Source: Botryllus schlosseri (Eukaryota). Taken from it: DNA of 60,000 nucleotides. The DNA lies in contig CM119371.1 in assembly GCA_051294905.1 (NCBI GenBank), forward strand, positions 32,676,001 through 32,736,000, written 5' to 3'. The notes beneath the pieces were generated by a model. The model saw only the letters and a list, made by a program, of their open reading frames with translations. It ran no database searches and was not told the DNA's origin. The position numbers and the translations under genes were made by a program. This document shows positions 13,331 to 26,289 of the stretch, one piece after another; position 1 is the stretch's first letter, and each line of letters opens with the position of its first letter.

Positions 13331-13744
13331 GTCGGTCTTTTTGTGGAAATGATCATAGGAGATCCACATAACGTTTTTATTTATTACACTGAAGATAATA
13401 TATGATTCCAAGTTCAACGTGTTTAACATACATTTTTAACAGATTGTCTTACCACATGAAACTTACTCTCCCTCCTGATACTCATCAGGGAAATCGTCAG
13501 CAACCGGAAGTGAATTGGATGGAACAATGTATCACCAAATATGAGGTCACATGCATGAAATTTCAAGGAATTGGGACTAAAAGACCGTTTAAGCTCAATG
13601 TACGGTTATTAGATAAAAGACGAAATCCTTTTGCTGGCACAAACTAGCTTAGCGTATTTTGACGAAAGTCGACTCATAGGAACAAAGAATAATGAGTGAC
13701 CAGCCTCTCGCGACAAGTGACGAATTCGACGAAATAGTAGTATG

Positions 13745-14247
13745 TAGGCTTACCATATTTTGGAAATCAAAAAAGAGGACACTTTTTCAGAAATTTGCAA
13801 CTTGCAAAACCGGAGTGAAATTCTCAATAATCGGTTAATTTTTCCCACTTTGTGACTAAAAAAAAGGTCACCTCTTGTGCTCAGAACTCAAAATACCGTT
13901 TTAGTCCCCACATTGCCAGGTGGATGACTAAAAAAAAAAAAAAAAAGGTCATCTCCTCCGCTCAGATCTCAAAATAACGTTTTTTACTCCACATCGCCAG
14001 GTAGATGACTAAAAAAAAAAGGTCATCTTTTCGCTCAGAGCTAAAATCACCGTTTTTCACCCGTCGGAGCTTCACTTCTGTGCTAATATGTGGCATATCA
14101 CTCGCAATTTGCTCTAAATCTGCTCTAAATCCTAAAAAAGAGGACAACATCTCAAAAAAGAGGACAAAAGGGCGTCCTCCGAGGACACTTTCAAAAAAGT
14201 CAAAAAAGAGGATAAATCCTCTTAAAAGAGGACGTATGGTAAGCCTA
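13745..14247. mobile_element. hAT-type MITE present only in duplication copy 1
   Basis: 13-bp perfect TIR TAGGCTTACCATA; TSD gtagtatg/gcagtatg; empty site gcagtatg in copy 2 (~56916); aaaagaggac subterminal repeats. Confidence 0.9.
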
Positions 14248-14757
14248 GCAGTATGATACCAATTGCCTAATTGCATATGATCTCACAAACATTAAAGAAT
14301 TGGCATGTCAAAAGAACGGAGTTTAAATTTTGAACCTCAATGTCCCGCGTGTACGCTGGTGCAGACGACGTATCACCACAACAGTCTCAATACAACTACT
14401 GAAAAAGGCTCAATACGGTTGCCCTATTTTCGTAGACAAAGATCTGCACGCTCACTATATCTTGTCAATATGACGTCACACCAGCAATGCTTTGCCTAAC
14501 CTTTACATTTCGGAGTCTATTTCTGAACATAGTGTCGTGAATTCATTAGGACTAGGCTATTGGTCACTTGTCAGAGCCCCAAAACGAGCGCAATATGGGC
14601 CGAACTCGATACACCAAATGTCGAGAATGATCACTGGCACCAGTATAACCACCCAATTTCAGTCTGGTCACCATATAACGAACAATTCGGTGATATTGAC
14701 CCCTCATTTTTTAATGTTTTCGAATACACGGAGAGAAGTGCACTCGCGTATCTTTGT

Positions 14758-14900
14758 TACCTACTGACAATCTACAATTCTATATGGGTGTTACGTTCTC
14801 AGTCACAGAAACGCTTGCCAGTTCCAAGAGTCAAAACATCAATCTACGGCGAAACTTTTCTTCATCAGCCGCCATCCTGTGGAACAAAACCGTTTTATTT
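14758..14900 (-). promoter_or_regulatory. Candidate promoter / non-coding first exon of the ZNF gene (also ~57424-57560)
   Basis: Highly conserved between paralogues; minus-strand GGATGGCGGC resembles a YY1 motif; downstream AG|GTAAC donor-like site; acceptor-like ttcag ~60 nt upstream of the ZNF ATG. Inference only. Confidence 0.25.
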
Positions 14901-15113
14901 ACACGAGCGTTCGAACCACAGTAGTGTTTATTCTGCATTACAACTATATGCACTAGGGATGGTGTGGACTCCTGAAAGGTTCGGGATCGTGTGAACGCGA
15001 ACCATTTTGATAGGTTCTGTATCAGTGCTTCTCAACCGGTGTGTCATTTACGTCTCGCAGCGTGCCGCGAGCGATTCCTTCGAAATTCTGAAATGATTCG
15101 CAAATCAATTCTA

Positions 15114-15661
15114 ATTGAAATGAACCCGAATATTTTCGGCTGACACTCGTCAGGGGTAATCGTCAGCAACTAGTAGAGAATTGGAAAGAACATTGTGTAT
15201 CAACAATCGTATCACAAAATATGACGTCATCCGCTTAAGATTGATGCTGATCGATCAAAGGCCATTAATTCTGCCATCGGCAAACATCAGTTATATAATC
15301 CGATTTGTTCGAATAATTATCGAGACGACCGATTTCGAATCGTTGGGCGAGGCCGTTCACAATTCCATTTGTGTGCCTTTGAGTCGACTTTTATCAAAAT
15401 ACACCAACCGAAACTTTGTCAACAAAAGGAGTTCGTGTACCACCTAAAAATAGTACATTGAACGCTCTCTCATTCACGAAATTTCATGCTAGTGACGTCA
15501 TATTTTGTGATACGATTGTTGATATGCAATGTTCTTTCCAATTCTCTACTAGTTGCTGACGATTACCCCTGACGAGTGTCAGCCGAAAATATTCGGGTTC
15601 ATTTCAATATGAATATACTATTCAATTGTATATTGAAGTTCTGTAACTCCAAGAAGCTCTT
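15114..15661. mobile_element. Foldback-like insertion with ~115-bp inverted repeats and an asymmetric tail
   Basis: 15114-15229 is the reverse complement of ~15493-15608; flanked by 13-bp direct repeats caaatcaattcta; single-copy empty site in copy 2 (~57786). Confidence 0.75.
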
Positions 15662-16714
15662 CAAATCAATTCTAGTATATAGCAAACGATCAACAATCGA
15701 AATCGAGCTTGATGTTAAGTTTGTATATTTGACAAATATAAATTGATATTATGCCCGCAATCATTCTCCCCCGCGAACTCGCTTTTCCCGACATATCGCG
15801 TGACTTGACGGTTGAGTTTAGTTTTGCACAATACGTCGTTTGACCGCAGAGAAGTGCAGACACGGCGACGCCTGTATGACGATGCAGTATCTCTCATTGT
15901 CTCCCCAATCACCAGCGAGAAATGAACTACTTTAGAAGTGATGTTGGCTCTCGAATTACAAACATAACAATCCCCATTTCGATGCCGGACTTCGGGTAAA
16001 ATGTAGGTTTGCAGCATGACGTTCTGTTGCCGGCGTCGAATATGACTATAGAGAAGTAAGGTTGATCCAGTCATATCAGTTAACAAACTTTCTGGCTTCG
16101 GTTACCAAAACGTTTGAAGTGTCGACTAGATCGCAGCAGGTCAGTTTTGTGGTAGTGGAGGTGCCAGCTAAAAGTCCAAAACCTCACACGGAAGCAGAAA
16201 AAGTTATTTTCCCTGGCTTGCACAGGAATTGTTACAAAATGTTCGCGACTAAACTGCAGATTAATTGAAAACGATTCCCATGTCAAATAATCCCATTCGT
16301 ACACGTATTTGATTTGGGACATGTCCAGAGATATTTGCATATTTGGTAGATATCTTTGACCACTTAAACAAGACAAATTCCAGAATGCAAGCAAGAATGA
16401 AATCTCTTATCTTCAACAGATAAAATTAGAGAATTGCAAGAGAATTTCAAAGTGTGGTCAGTAGGAGCAAGAACTTATTGTAGCGCGTTATCCCTTTTCT
16501 CCGAACGAATAAAATCGAAATCGCGCCGTTAGTTGTTCAGCATCTCAAATGCTTGCATGCAAAAATAAACACTTATTTTCCAACACTGTAGTAACAGAAA
16601 ACTATGCATGGGTAAGAAACTCATTCTTGCCGCAGGAAACCCATCTTACTTAAAATCTCAAAGAGGAGGAAGAGCTGATTGAGATCCGTAATGACGTAAA
16701 CTTGTTTTAATGGT

Positions 16715-18757
16715 TAGGACTGGCCAAAATCGAGTACCTGAGTGATTCGATTCTGAATCACGTATTACGCTTCGAGTCGAGTCGAGTATTCAAGTATCAC
16801 TCATTATAACGTCACAACATAATATGATATGTCAAAGTTCATATGCGTACCTCTTAGGCTACCAAAAAGGATATAATGGCTGTTATCCGTCATGTTAAAG
16901 ATACTTCGGTATTTTTTTGACCATACCGATTTCATTGCACTTCTTCACAATGTTGTGGGATGATCATGACTTCGGAAATGTATTATTTCCAGTAACGGTC
17001 GTAGTTTTGTACTATGTCTCGTATGCTGCGTCACGGCTAATCAAAGTTTCAAGGCTTTCTCGGTGGAAAATAGTATTAAAACTATGATTCTCGTTAGTAA
17101 ACTAACTTTCAGTTGTGATGAGAAGCGTATAACTTCAGTACTCGAAAAAATCGTCTTTCACTACTCGACTCGAATCATTAAAATTGATAATCGATTCAGA
17201 TTCGAGTACTCCAGTGGTTCTTAACCTTTTTTCGTCGAGCGCCCCCTTTCAAAAATTATCGTGCTCCAGCGCCCCCCTCAACTTCACATTGTAAGGAATG
17301 TAATAAAGACAATGAGTAAGAGAGAGGGCCGTAACAGCACTTCGTCAACCCCCCTAAAAACGATTGCCTTGCGCACCCATAGCGTGATAAACCGAACTTC
17401 TGAGGGCTTCGCCCCCACGAACCCCATATCGTGATTTTGATGGTCAGCAAAGTTTGTGTGGCCTGGTCGCCCTAGGTACCAAATTTTGCTATAATGCATG
17501 GTAATTACATTTATAAGTCGCTATAAACTTTTTATCCTCTCAGCCCACGTAATCAGATTTACCAGTAGCACTGAGTGAGCTGTTGTATAGGAAAATAAGG
17601 GGCACGTAATTAATAATTAAACATATTCGGGCGTTCCAGCAGGTACAATTATTCGTTACCAGGGCCGTAACAGCACTTCGTCAGCCCCCCTCCCCAAACA
17701 TAAAACGTTGGTCCCGGGCCCCCATCGGGTGATAAACCAAACTTCCGGGGGACTTCGCTCCCAGACCCCCATTAGGCTGTCCGCTATTTGCTGATAGCCT
17801 ATTAGGTATCTACATTGGGTGTACATTTACTGAGGGAGCAATTCTCGCCTAGTCGCGCGAAGTGCGAAAAATTTCACTAATTAATGATTGAATTGGTCAA
17901 TATCAATTGCATGTAAATTGAGATCAATTTTTATCCTCTCTCTGCTCACGTAAACACATTTACCGGTAGAGCTGAGTTAGGTGCAAAGTTCCCTCTAAGC
18001 TGCGCACGTGCGCAGTGCTGACACGGTCTCTGCGCACAGAAAATCTACGTTGCGCACAATAAATCCGGAGTTTTTTAGTCGTTACGCACTGTTGTCCAAG
18101 GGTCAGCGCAGTGAGTTGTTGAGTGTGCGCAGACTCATCAAAACTTAAAGCGAACATTGTGAGGTTTCTTGGAAACTGTAGGGCCCGTTACCAATAATTA
18201 AACATATTCGGGCAGGCAAACCCGTTGGTATGACCTCGTTGCATGATGTTATTTCGTAACCCCCTGTCTGCAATATCAAAAAATATAGAATCGCTCAATC
18301 GGGATATCGCCCAACAGGAATATCCCTGTCGCCCAATCGTCCTAAACTAGAAGACGCACACGATTTCAGATTGGTATTTCTTAACTGACGTATAATTTTT
18401 CTCTGCCAGATGGAATTCGTCTTCTGGGGTTCAGATTTTCAAGACAGGAACATTCGGTGTCAGTCATTTAGGCGCCCATGGACAATTAAACCTATATGTA
18501 TTTTGAAGGCTATATGTAACGAAGTTTTCGGTGTTAATTTGCTCTGAATACTCATTAAGGATATGTCTTATCACCACATCATCTACTGGGAAGTCATTTT
18601 TCTCCAGCGCCCCCCATACTGCCCCCCTGAGCCCAGCGCCCCCCATATCGCCCCCTGAGCGTTTCCGCCCCCCTTCAACATCGCCAGCGCCCCCTGGGGG
18701 GCGCTGGGGGCAAGGTTAAGAACCACTGGAGTACTCGAATCATTGTGCCCAGCCCTA
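16715..18757. mobile_element. hAT-type MITE (tagg..ccta ends), absent from duplication copy 2
   Basis: Ends taggactggcca / tgcccagcccta; TSD ttaatggt/gttatggt; empty gttatggt at ~59083. Confidence 0.75.
17212..18728. mobile_element. hAT-type non-autonomous element nested in 16715-18757
   Basis: 17-bp TIR CAGTGGTTCTTAACCTT; perfect TSD GAGTACTC; gcgccccc subterminal repeats; contains a further ~175-bp MITE at ~17984-18159. Confidence 0.88.
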
Positions 18758-21700
18758 GTTATGGTACAATGAGATGTATTATTATCCTGATGGATTATCA
18801 TTGCATTGGAGAAAAGGCAACTGTGATTTTACTTCAATTTTTCACGTCGTAGCTGTGCGAGACAGGATTTCCTTTCTGCTCAACATACAAACCATAAAGA
18901 GAAAGAGGTTACTTGCTGTTGAAGAAGAGACGAGAGTGAGAGTAGCATTATCGAATGTGCGTCCATACATTGACTTTGTTTCTGATGAAATTGAAATTGT
19001 TTGGCTTTCGCTGGAACTGTTCAATTTATTACAGACACTGGATACACTGCAGAGGTGGCTGCATTAGTCAGCGTTACTACTGAATTGGTTGCTGCTAAGT
19101 ATTCTGGTAGATTGCGGGTGCCGTAAGACAAAAAAGTTCAGAACCACTGTGCCGGTGTGCCACGTACAATTTTTCATTTCCTGAGAGCGCCGCGAGTGCC
19201 GCGAGTGCAGTGCAGTGTTGCGGGCCGATGCGGCCCGCGGGCCGTAGTTTGCCCACCCCTGACATAGAGCAAAATTTTGACTTAGCCCGCCTACGTATTC
19301 CATGCTACCCATTCTCTGAAAAATAGTTTCCAATATCTAGCGTAGGGGTTGGCAAGTCATTAAATGTTAAGAACCGTACTCAACTGGATTTCATTTTAAT
19401 TGGCAACACAATGATTTTTATTTTGTCAGTATATCAGACATAGAATTGACATCTCAAATTGAATTTGAAATGGGAGAGCAGTGACGGAATTTTGACTTGA
19501 CCCGCGAACGTATTCAATGCTTCCCATTCCCCGAAAAAAAAATTTCATTTTACTAGGCAACACATTGATTTTTATTTTATCGGAAATAATATACACAGAA
19601 TCGACATTTAAAAAGGAAGTGCTTCGAGTTTGAAATAGGAAAGATACTGACCTCGAAACCCCACCCGCTGGCTTCGCCACTGTTAGCATTTATGGCTCTG
19701 AGCTACCAATGGCTGCATAAACATCATTCAACAGAACAAATGGTATCTCGAATCACACAAAACGACAACACGTGCGCTCTAGTTGTTCGGCAACTAATAT
19801 TTCTTCAAATGTGAAACCAGAACTATAACAAGTACTACTCACTTTTCAATATCCGCAATTAGAACTAGAACCATTCACTTTTCAAAATCTGAAACTAGAA
19901 CTAGAACTGGAACTATTCAGTTTTTAAAATCTGCAACTGGAGAAATAGGACTAGAACTTCTCAAAACACCGTTAGTTATAGTTGAACGGCAACTAACTAA
20001 ATGTGTAGTTTGTTCAAGTCTGATTAAACAGTTTAACCATTACTTAACCCTCGAGTAATATAAAAAAATAGCATTTCAATAAATATTAATCCAGGCTGCA
20101 TCGTAAATTAAATTCGAGTAGATTTCATATAGTCGAAATGCTGGTACGTATGATCCTTTTTACGAGCGACAAATGATATTGAGATGATTTTTGATAAATA
20201 ATGTTTTTTGAAATTCTCTACTAGTTAGTGAATATTATCTATGGCGCGAGGGATATTGTGTGTGGTCATTTCGAAGATATAAGGCAAAATGGGCATGTTG
20301 CATCATAGCCTACTTATCAGGGTACAATTGGCACAGTTCCCGATTCCATAAACAAGATTCTATACTCATAGTTGCGCTATCATCCAAATGTAAAATATAC
20401 AACTGAGCAAGATGTCTGGAAAGCTAGGTTAGCCTGACTACTGCTGACTATGAGCTTCTCATAGTACTCACGTTCAGATAGCCTACCGATATCTTCGCTA
20501 ATACCGTTAACATGCATGGCGAGATTTTACATCGATTTTGCAAGTCCCGTGACGATGCATGAAACAGACTGAAGCCGGATGTAATTAAATGCTAAACCCC
20601 ATGCATGAATCGCGTGAGCGCGCCTCGCGTATATAGCTGTGCAAATGCTGATAGATCAATGGCCAGTTTCCTGAACACTGAATACTCTTAAAAGCGATAT
20701 ACGTGTGGCGATCAACCATTTTCAAAGTGATCTTTTTATATTGTTTTGTGCCCTACAACTGTTGCAACTTACTTATTTTCCTAAGTATATGACAAGAAAA
20801 TTGTAAATGTATACTTTGGACATTGTCCTGATTGCCTTTAAATCAATATTCCAAACGGTACATATATATGAATTCATCAGCATAAACATCAAATATCGCA
20901 CCGTGTTCACTTGACATACTAAATCACATGATCCAACATGCACTCATTGGTTACTATTTCTGCTGTACTAAAATGACTATCGTTTATAAATTATAATATA
21001 ACGTTTCAGATTTGCACTTTGCCGTACATACTCGAAACAGTGCATTAAGTAATGCGCGGAGGTATCCGACTACAAGCATTGTCCACACATAGGCGAATCA
21101 GTAGATACAATCTTATGTAAGTGATAATTGAGTCGACAAAGTAATATTTATAGAATGTGCAATGTACATCATGAATAGAACTGTCTCGAGTATTTATATC
21201 ATCGCATGTCATAGGGAGGTATTTGAAAGCCAACGTCGTCTTCCGAAATCTCTTTTATACCTATATTCAAACGAACTTCTTAGTAGTGAATTTCGTCATC
21301 CACCGCCGGCGACTTCCACGCCATAACCGAGTCTGCAAAAAGTAGCTAGCATGGGAAATCTAATACATGCTCAAACTCGGTCAGTATCAGAACGCAGAAA
21401 TGCAGGAAAGACACATTATAACAGTGCTTTTTAACCTTTTTGGATACCGATTCGCACTTTTTTTTGTAATTGAATTTTATTCGCTCAAATCAATAAAAAT
21501 TGTTATGGTTTGCCTGATGTCTTGGGAAATAAGCTCCAACACGATCACAGAGAGCAGACTCATTAGAGCTCGCTACCTTATGATACGTTCCTCAGACTTG
21601 CGTTCGGTTTTTATTTCTCGATTTCCCATTTCCTGTCTCGCGAGTTAACGGAAAGAGCAAGGATCTCTCACTCGAAACTTAATAACAGTTCGAAAAACTT

Positions 21701-22813
21701 CAATAACCAACAACCAGCTTCTTGAACCACGAGAAAAATCAGAGATTTTGTGGCATCTCGCCGAGCCTCACACCTGGAAAATATGGTATTTGTAATATTA
21801 CAGTAGCATACCACGATTTTAAGGACATTCATGACATAAACTACCGAACTTGCAGATCACAATTGTACGCAACACGAAACATGTCTGACGCACGCGATTT
21901 CAAATAGGAGTGATTTAAATTCCGCTGCTCGTATTTGTACTACTGTCCACTCAGATTGCAAAAACAGGACTATTCAGTGCCAACTGCCGACAACAGAGCG
22001 TATCGATTTGGAAAGGCTTGGCCGCGTTTGGCACCGCATTTTATCAGCGGTATGTTGGCCAAACTTTACATCTTCAGGTGCCCCGACAATCCGACATAGA
22101 AGGGTTTGGCTTCGAAATGAATGTGTCTCGCGCTCGTTGCACACCCCTACAGTAGTTCATCTCAACGGTCTTCGACCACGTCTTTCAGAAAACCAGTCGT
22201 ACGAATCCTATCATGAATTCATGACAAAGGTCGCAGATTCTCATGAACAAGCCATATTTTTGCGTGTCTCGATTATTGGATATAGTATGCAAGAACAGTG
22301 ACCCTGGATATGTAAAAACCACCGCCGGATTTTTTGCAATAAATTCAACAAACACTACATACGTATCAATAGATAGTTCTGGCAACGTGTCGACCTAACA
22401 TCAAATACTCTTTGCGGTCAATACTTTATTAACCCTTGAAGGATTGAGAATTTGCACTGCAGTAACTTGCAAATGTGAGTCAGTAATGTTGGTACTAATC
22501 AATGTGCTCTTGCATTGCTGTGCAACGTTATTCGACTCAGCTAGATTGACAGTAATATATACGACAATTTTATGGGGTTGGCAGCAGTGGCGAAGCAGCA
22601 GGTGCTGCCGCCCATGGCTTTTGTTGAAAATGCCGCCCCATAAGCCCGTCGCAGCAAATTTCGACATAGTTTCAAGCACTATTTTCAACAAAAATATTTA
22701 CAAATAATATGCCGCGTATCAGAAGTTCTATATTGCTTGAGAAAGAAGCCCATCTCCGCGTTCATAAGGCCAAAAACAATAATGACAAGAAACGGAGAAC
22801 GAATGTATCAGGC

Positions 22814-23706
22814 CAGGGGCGGCCAACCCGTCACCCGCGAGAAGATTTTGAGTGGCCAGCGAAATAATTCGCGAAATTAGCTCTAATATTAAATATTAAA
22901 TATTCCATGTAATTTATTACGGTTATATATATCGTCTGCTATCGGCGTAACAAAGTATGTAATATACTGTGCATTGGCAAGGTGAACAAAAAGTTTGATA
23001 AGCTTTACCGCGAAATTTGGGTTGTTAATCACTTGAGCATCATTTCCGACGCAATGGCGTAGCCAAGGGCCAGCCAGATTTTTCATAAGATCTTCGTATA
23101 TGATCATAAAGTAAAATATTTCGTGGTGGATTTATTTGACTCAATATTTTTATTAGCACTTAGCGCGATTTATTGTCACTCAAATGCTTGCTTTTAGTAC
23201 TCCCTCCCTAAAATTATAACCGAATTGAGTCTGACAATACTCGCAATTATGAGAGACCGTGTCTTCTAACATCCGACTTCGCAGCTGCATTTGTAGAAAG
23301 GTGATAGGTGATGATGAAACCTTTGTACAAAATGATAGACGCCTCTACGCCGGAATCTACGATATTTATATGTCTAAGCGCCGAATATGCCTGTCCTTGT
23401 CAAATGAGCCCAGCGGCATACAGAGGCGACCCTCAATATATGCAAGGGACATAGGTATTGGCCGAACTCATTCATTATAACTTAGAAAAATGTTAGCGGT
23501 TGGCGAGGTTAGTTTACGAGTGCACTTTGCACTTTTCATGACACAATTGTTATCGATTTTGATGCGTTATAATATATGTTTTCGTATAGTCCGGCTCGCT
23601 CCTATCGGACGACTAAGGAAAGGACATCAAAATTCAACATCCAAGTGGCCCGTGCAATGATTCCCAAATCTCATGTTTCCCTTTGGCCGAAAAGGTTGGC
23701 GCCAGG
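22814..23706. mobile_element. hAT-type MITE (same family as 26917-27600)
   Basis: Ends caggggcggccaacc / ggttggcgccagg; TSD tatcaggc/tattaggc; shared internal sequence. Confidence 0.65.
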
Positions 23707-23924
23707 TATTAGGCAAATAAAAAAATCAATAGCTGCCTCAAAACTGAACTTTTCGGGCGCTCGCCGTAAAGAAATCAGCGAAGTAACCACTGTAAAAGAG
23801 CGAATGCTGTAGCATTACGATCAAAAGTGGTTTCTCTGCTCCGCACCAGCCTTTTAAATCTGTCAATTTCCGCATCAAACAGCAATTTAACAATAGAATA
23901 ATGTTCCCAATCGAAAGCTATTGT

Positions 23925-24211
23925 TGTCGTTTGTTTGTTTGTTTGGGCCTTGGGGTATTCATGGTGTTTGTCGACTGCATCGTTCATTTACACCAGCCCG
24001 ATTTTCTGCATTTTCTTATTCCGCATGTGCCGACTTGTAGCACGGCCAACTTCCAGGCTTTTTGTAAGACACCCTTTCGCGAATGAAGTGGCGAGGAGGA
24101 GCCTAGATAAACCTACTACACTTAGGCAGGAATTCTGAAGTCGACCTCGGTCGGACGCGACCCCACAACCCACTGCAGCCGTGGATTACACCACTGCGCT
24201 ATCTCGTCGCC
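23925..24211 (-). mobile_element. tRNA-derived SINE
   Basis: Minus-strand A-box TAGCGCAGTGG, degenerate B-box, ~290-bp body similar to 59723-60000, (AAAC)n tail. Confidence 0.7.
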
Positions 24212-24640
24212 TTGTTGTTGTTAGTATTGTACATATGGTGTTCGGCTACGATGGCCTTTTACACCAGGTCTTAAGAATCTGACAAAGCCATTAGCTGCAC
24301 AACTGTCAGCCGGAGTGGATAGCGAATTCAGCCACTTGTAGTAAAATCCGTGGATCTGATAACAGTTTTGTGAGCTGAAACGGTATGAGCCCTGGATTCG
24401 CCGCTGTCGTCTTCATGTGATCGCGGTGGGTCGGATAGCGTTCGCAATGAATTAAAAAGTGTTCGACCGTCTCGTCGATATCGCACGCATCGCACAAACT
24501 CGTCTCGTGACATCCGATTCTGCGAAGGTGCCAGTATGGATTCTACAGTGGCCCGTTTGCAATCTTATCAGAATTGATGAGATTGTTCGTGAGGATATGC
24601 TGTAGCTTGGCATGATTGGCCGTACAGAGGTGAACCGCAA
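24212..24640 (-). mobile_element. 5'-truncated non-LTR retrotransposon (LINE) ORF2 3' end
   Basis: ILIRLQTGHC...CDACDIDETVEHFLIHCERY, a C-terminal CCHC motif typical of I-group LINE ORF2; followed by a short 3' UTR and (AAC)n tail. Confidence 0.75.
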
Positions 24641-25870
24641 TATATGTAAGTGGCATTAGCGTAAAACATCGAGCGCTGTTGCATTACGATAAAAAGTGGT
24701 TTCACTGCTTCGCACCAGCATCTTTAATACGTCAATTTACGCATCAAACTTCAATGTAATAATAGAATACTGTTCTCAATCGAAAGCTACTGTTGTCGCT
24801 TTGATTCCGGCTGGTCGGGACAACGGAACCACCGCAAAATAGCCGTCCAAGTTTTAAAATCGGCATTATTTCGAATATTCGCTCGATACAATATCCATTA
24901 TCATGGTCATAGTGTTGTGTCGCTCCGATTAATCGGAGCAATCGGCCTTGCCTGCTATTTCGGAATGATTCCATTGACATGCTCACATTCTAATTTGTGT
25001 TTTTGGAATCAGTGCGACACTAGCTTTCGATCGACACCATTTGAGTAAATTTGAGCTTTTGGGTATAGACAGCTGCTGGACTACCAAGTATGCGCTCCTT
25101 TCGGCCGGTTGTGTTGTGCACTGTGCAGCCCCATTTTGCCCCCCCCCCCCCCCTTGGAGCCTGCTTCCCCTGGCGCATAGCCATAACCGCCAAGTGCCTG
25201 CTACGCCACTGCGTGTGATTGAACTAACCACTGTAAAATATCAAACGCTGTTATATCACGATCAAACTATAGATAACTAACCTACGGATAGATGCGCAAC
25301 ACATGATTCACGGTCGAGTGATGCTACAGTCGACAGTTCATAGCATGATACGGCAACTTATTTGCAAATCCAATAGATGACGACCCGAGTGCTATGAAGC
25401 CCGTCTTTTTGAAATGTCGATTCAATGTCTGATATTTCCGATAAAATAAAAATTAATGCTATGCCTAAAATAATGCATCCTAGTTCAGTAGGCCTACGGT
25501 TTTTAACATTAAATGACATGGGAGCCCTGCGCCAGAGCTGGGCGATTATTTTTCTGAGAATTACAAGCAGGAAATAGGTCGATGGCTAAGTCAGAAGTTG
25601 GCACTATATGCAGTGTATGAATTCTAAAATGTCGTTAGTCTGAGTTTTAGTTCTAGTTGCGGGTTTCGAAAAGTGAGTAGTTCTACATTCAGTTGTTGAT
25701 TTTGAGAAGTGAGTAGTTCTAGGTTTAGTTGCGGATTTTCAGCAGTTGTTTTGCAGTTCTAGTTTTAGCTATCGTTCCTGGATTGAAAAAAATGAGTAGC
25801 TCTAGTTCTAGTTCTAGTTCTAGTTGCCCTTTTTGCATATCGAGTAGTTTGTACAAGTCTGTGTATGAGT

Positions 25871-26289
25871 CAGGGTTGTAACCAAATCACAAAGCTTCGA
25901 GTCACAAGTCAATCTCACTTGTACAATGTTGAATCGAGTCATCTCCAATTCACCACGAGTCAAGTCAGGGTGCAGAGGGTCAAGTCCGAGTCATAGTATG
26001 ATGACCCGAGTCCGAGTCTATGTCATTGTGTTGACTGCTCAGTATCATCTTGAAGTCATTTTCAAGTACCAGTATAGGCCTACCAATGGACGAGATCCCG
26101 ACAGTATGGTCACTTTACTATTCTTCGAAATTTCAATGAAATGTCGATCTTGGTCGTCTGAGTCACGAGTCATATGACTTGGTTCGAGTCATGAACCGTA
26201 TTTTGAGAAAATGACTCGAGTCGAGTCATCAAAAAGTCGTGACTCGCGTCAGATTCGTGTCAAGTCATGACTCGAGTCATAAAACCCTG
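25871..26289. mobile_element. GACTCGAGTC-rich hAT-type MITE
   Basis: Ends cagggtt / aaccctg; TSD gtatgagt/atatgagc; inverted homologue begins at 26324. Confidence 0.65.

Larger units (their letters stand above)
15023..19149 (+). mobile_element. Degenerate hAT (Buster/SCAND3-ZBED8-like) element with transposase remnant and three nested insertions
   Basis: Ends cagtgcttctcaacc / agaaccactg; remnants AYLVDIFDHLNKTNS, WVRNSF..LNLKEEEELIEIRND, RKRLLAVEEETRVRVALSNVRP. Confidence 0.7.
12700..19220. repeat. Segmental duplication copy 1 (ZNF 5' part and upstream region), paralogous to ~55800-59580
   Basis: Colinear high similarity, e.g. 13330-13740 vs 56508-56920, 14256-15110 vs 56924-57800, 15675-16714 vs 57800-59090, 18766-19220 vs 59090-59580; the differences are discrete TE insertions. 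Confidence 0.92.

Noticed and set aside
13331..13429. N-terminal extension of the 268-aa ZNF ORF
   Set aside because: The paralogous ORF starts at MESEKS and an acceptor-like ttcag lies in this stretch; probably UTR/intron.
14560..14994. 144-aa plus-strand ORF conserved in part at 57454-57660
   Set aside because: Similarity is explained by the segmental duplication; the ORF is interrupted in copy 2 and has no recognisable domain.
19230..22800. Short ORFs and fragmentary MITE-like ends
   Set aside because: No recognisable protein motifs and no TIR/TSD pairs I could confirm.
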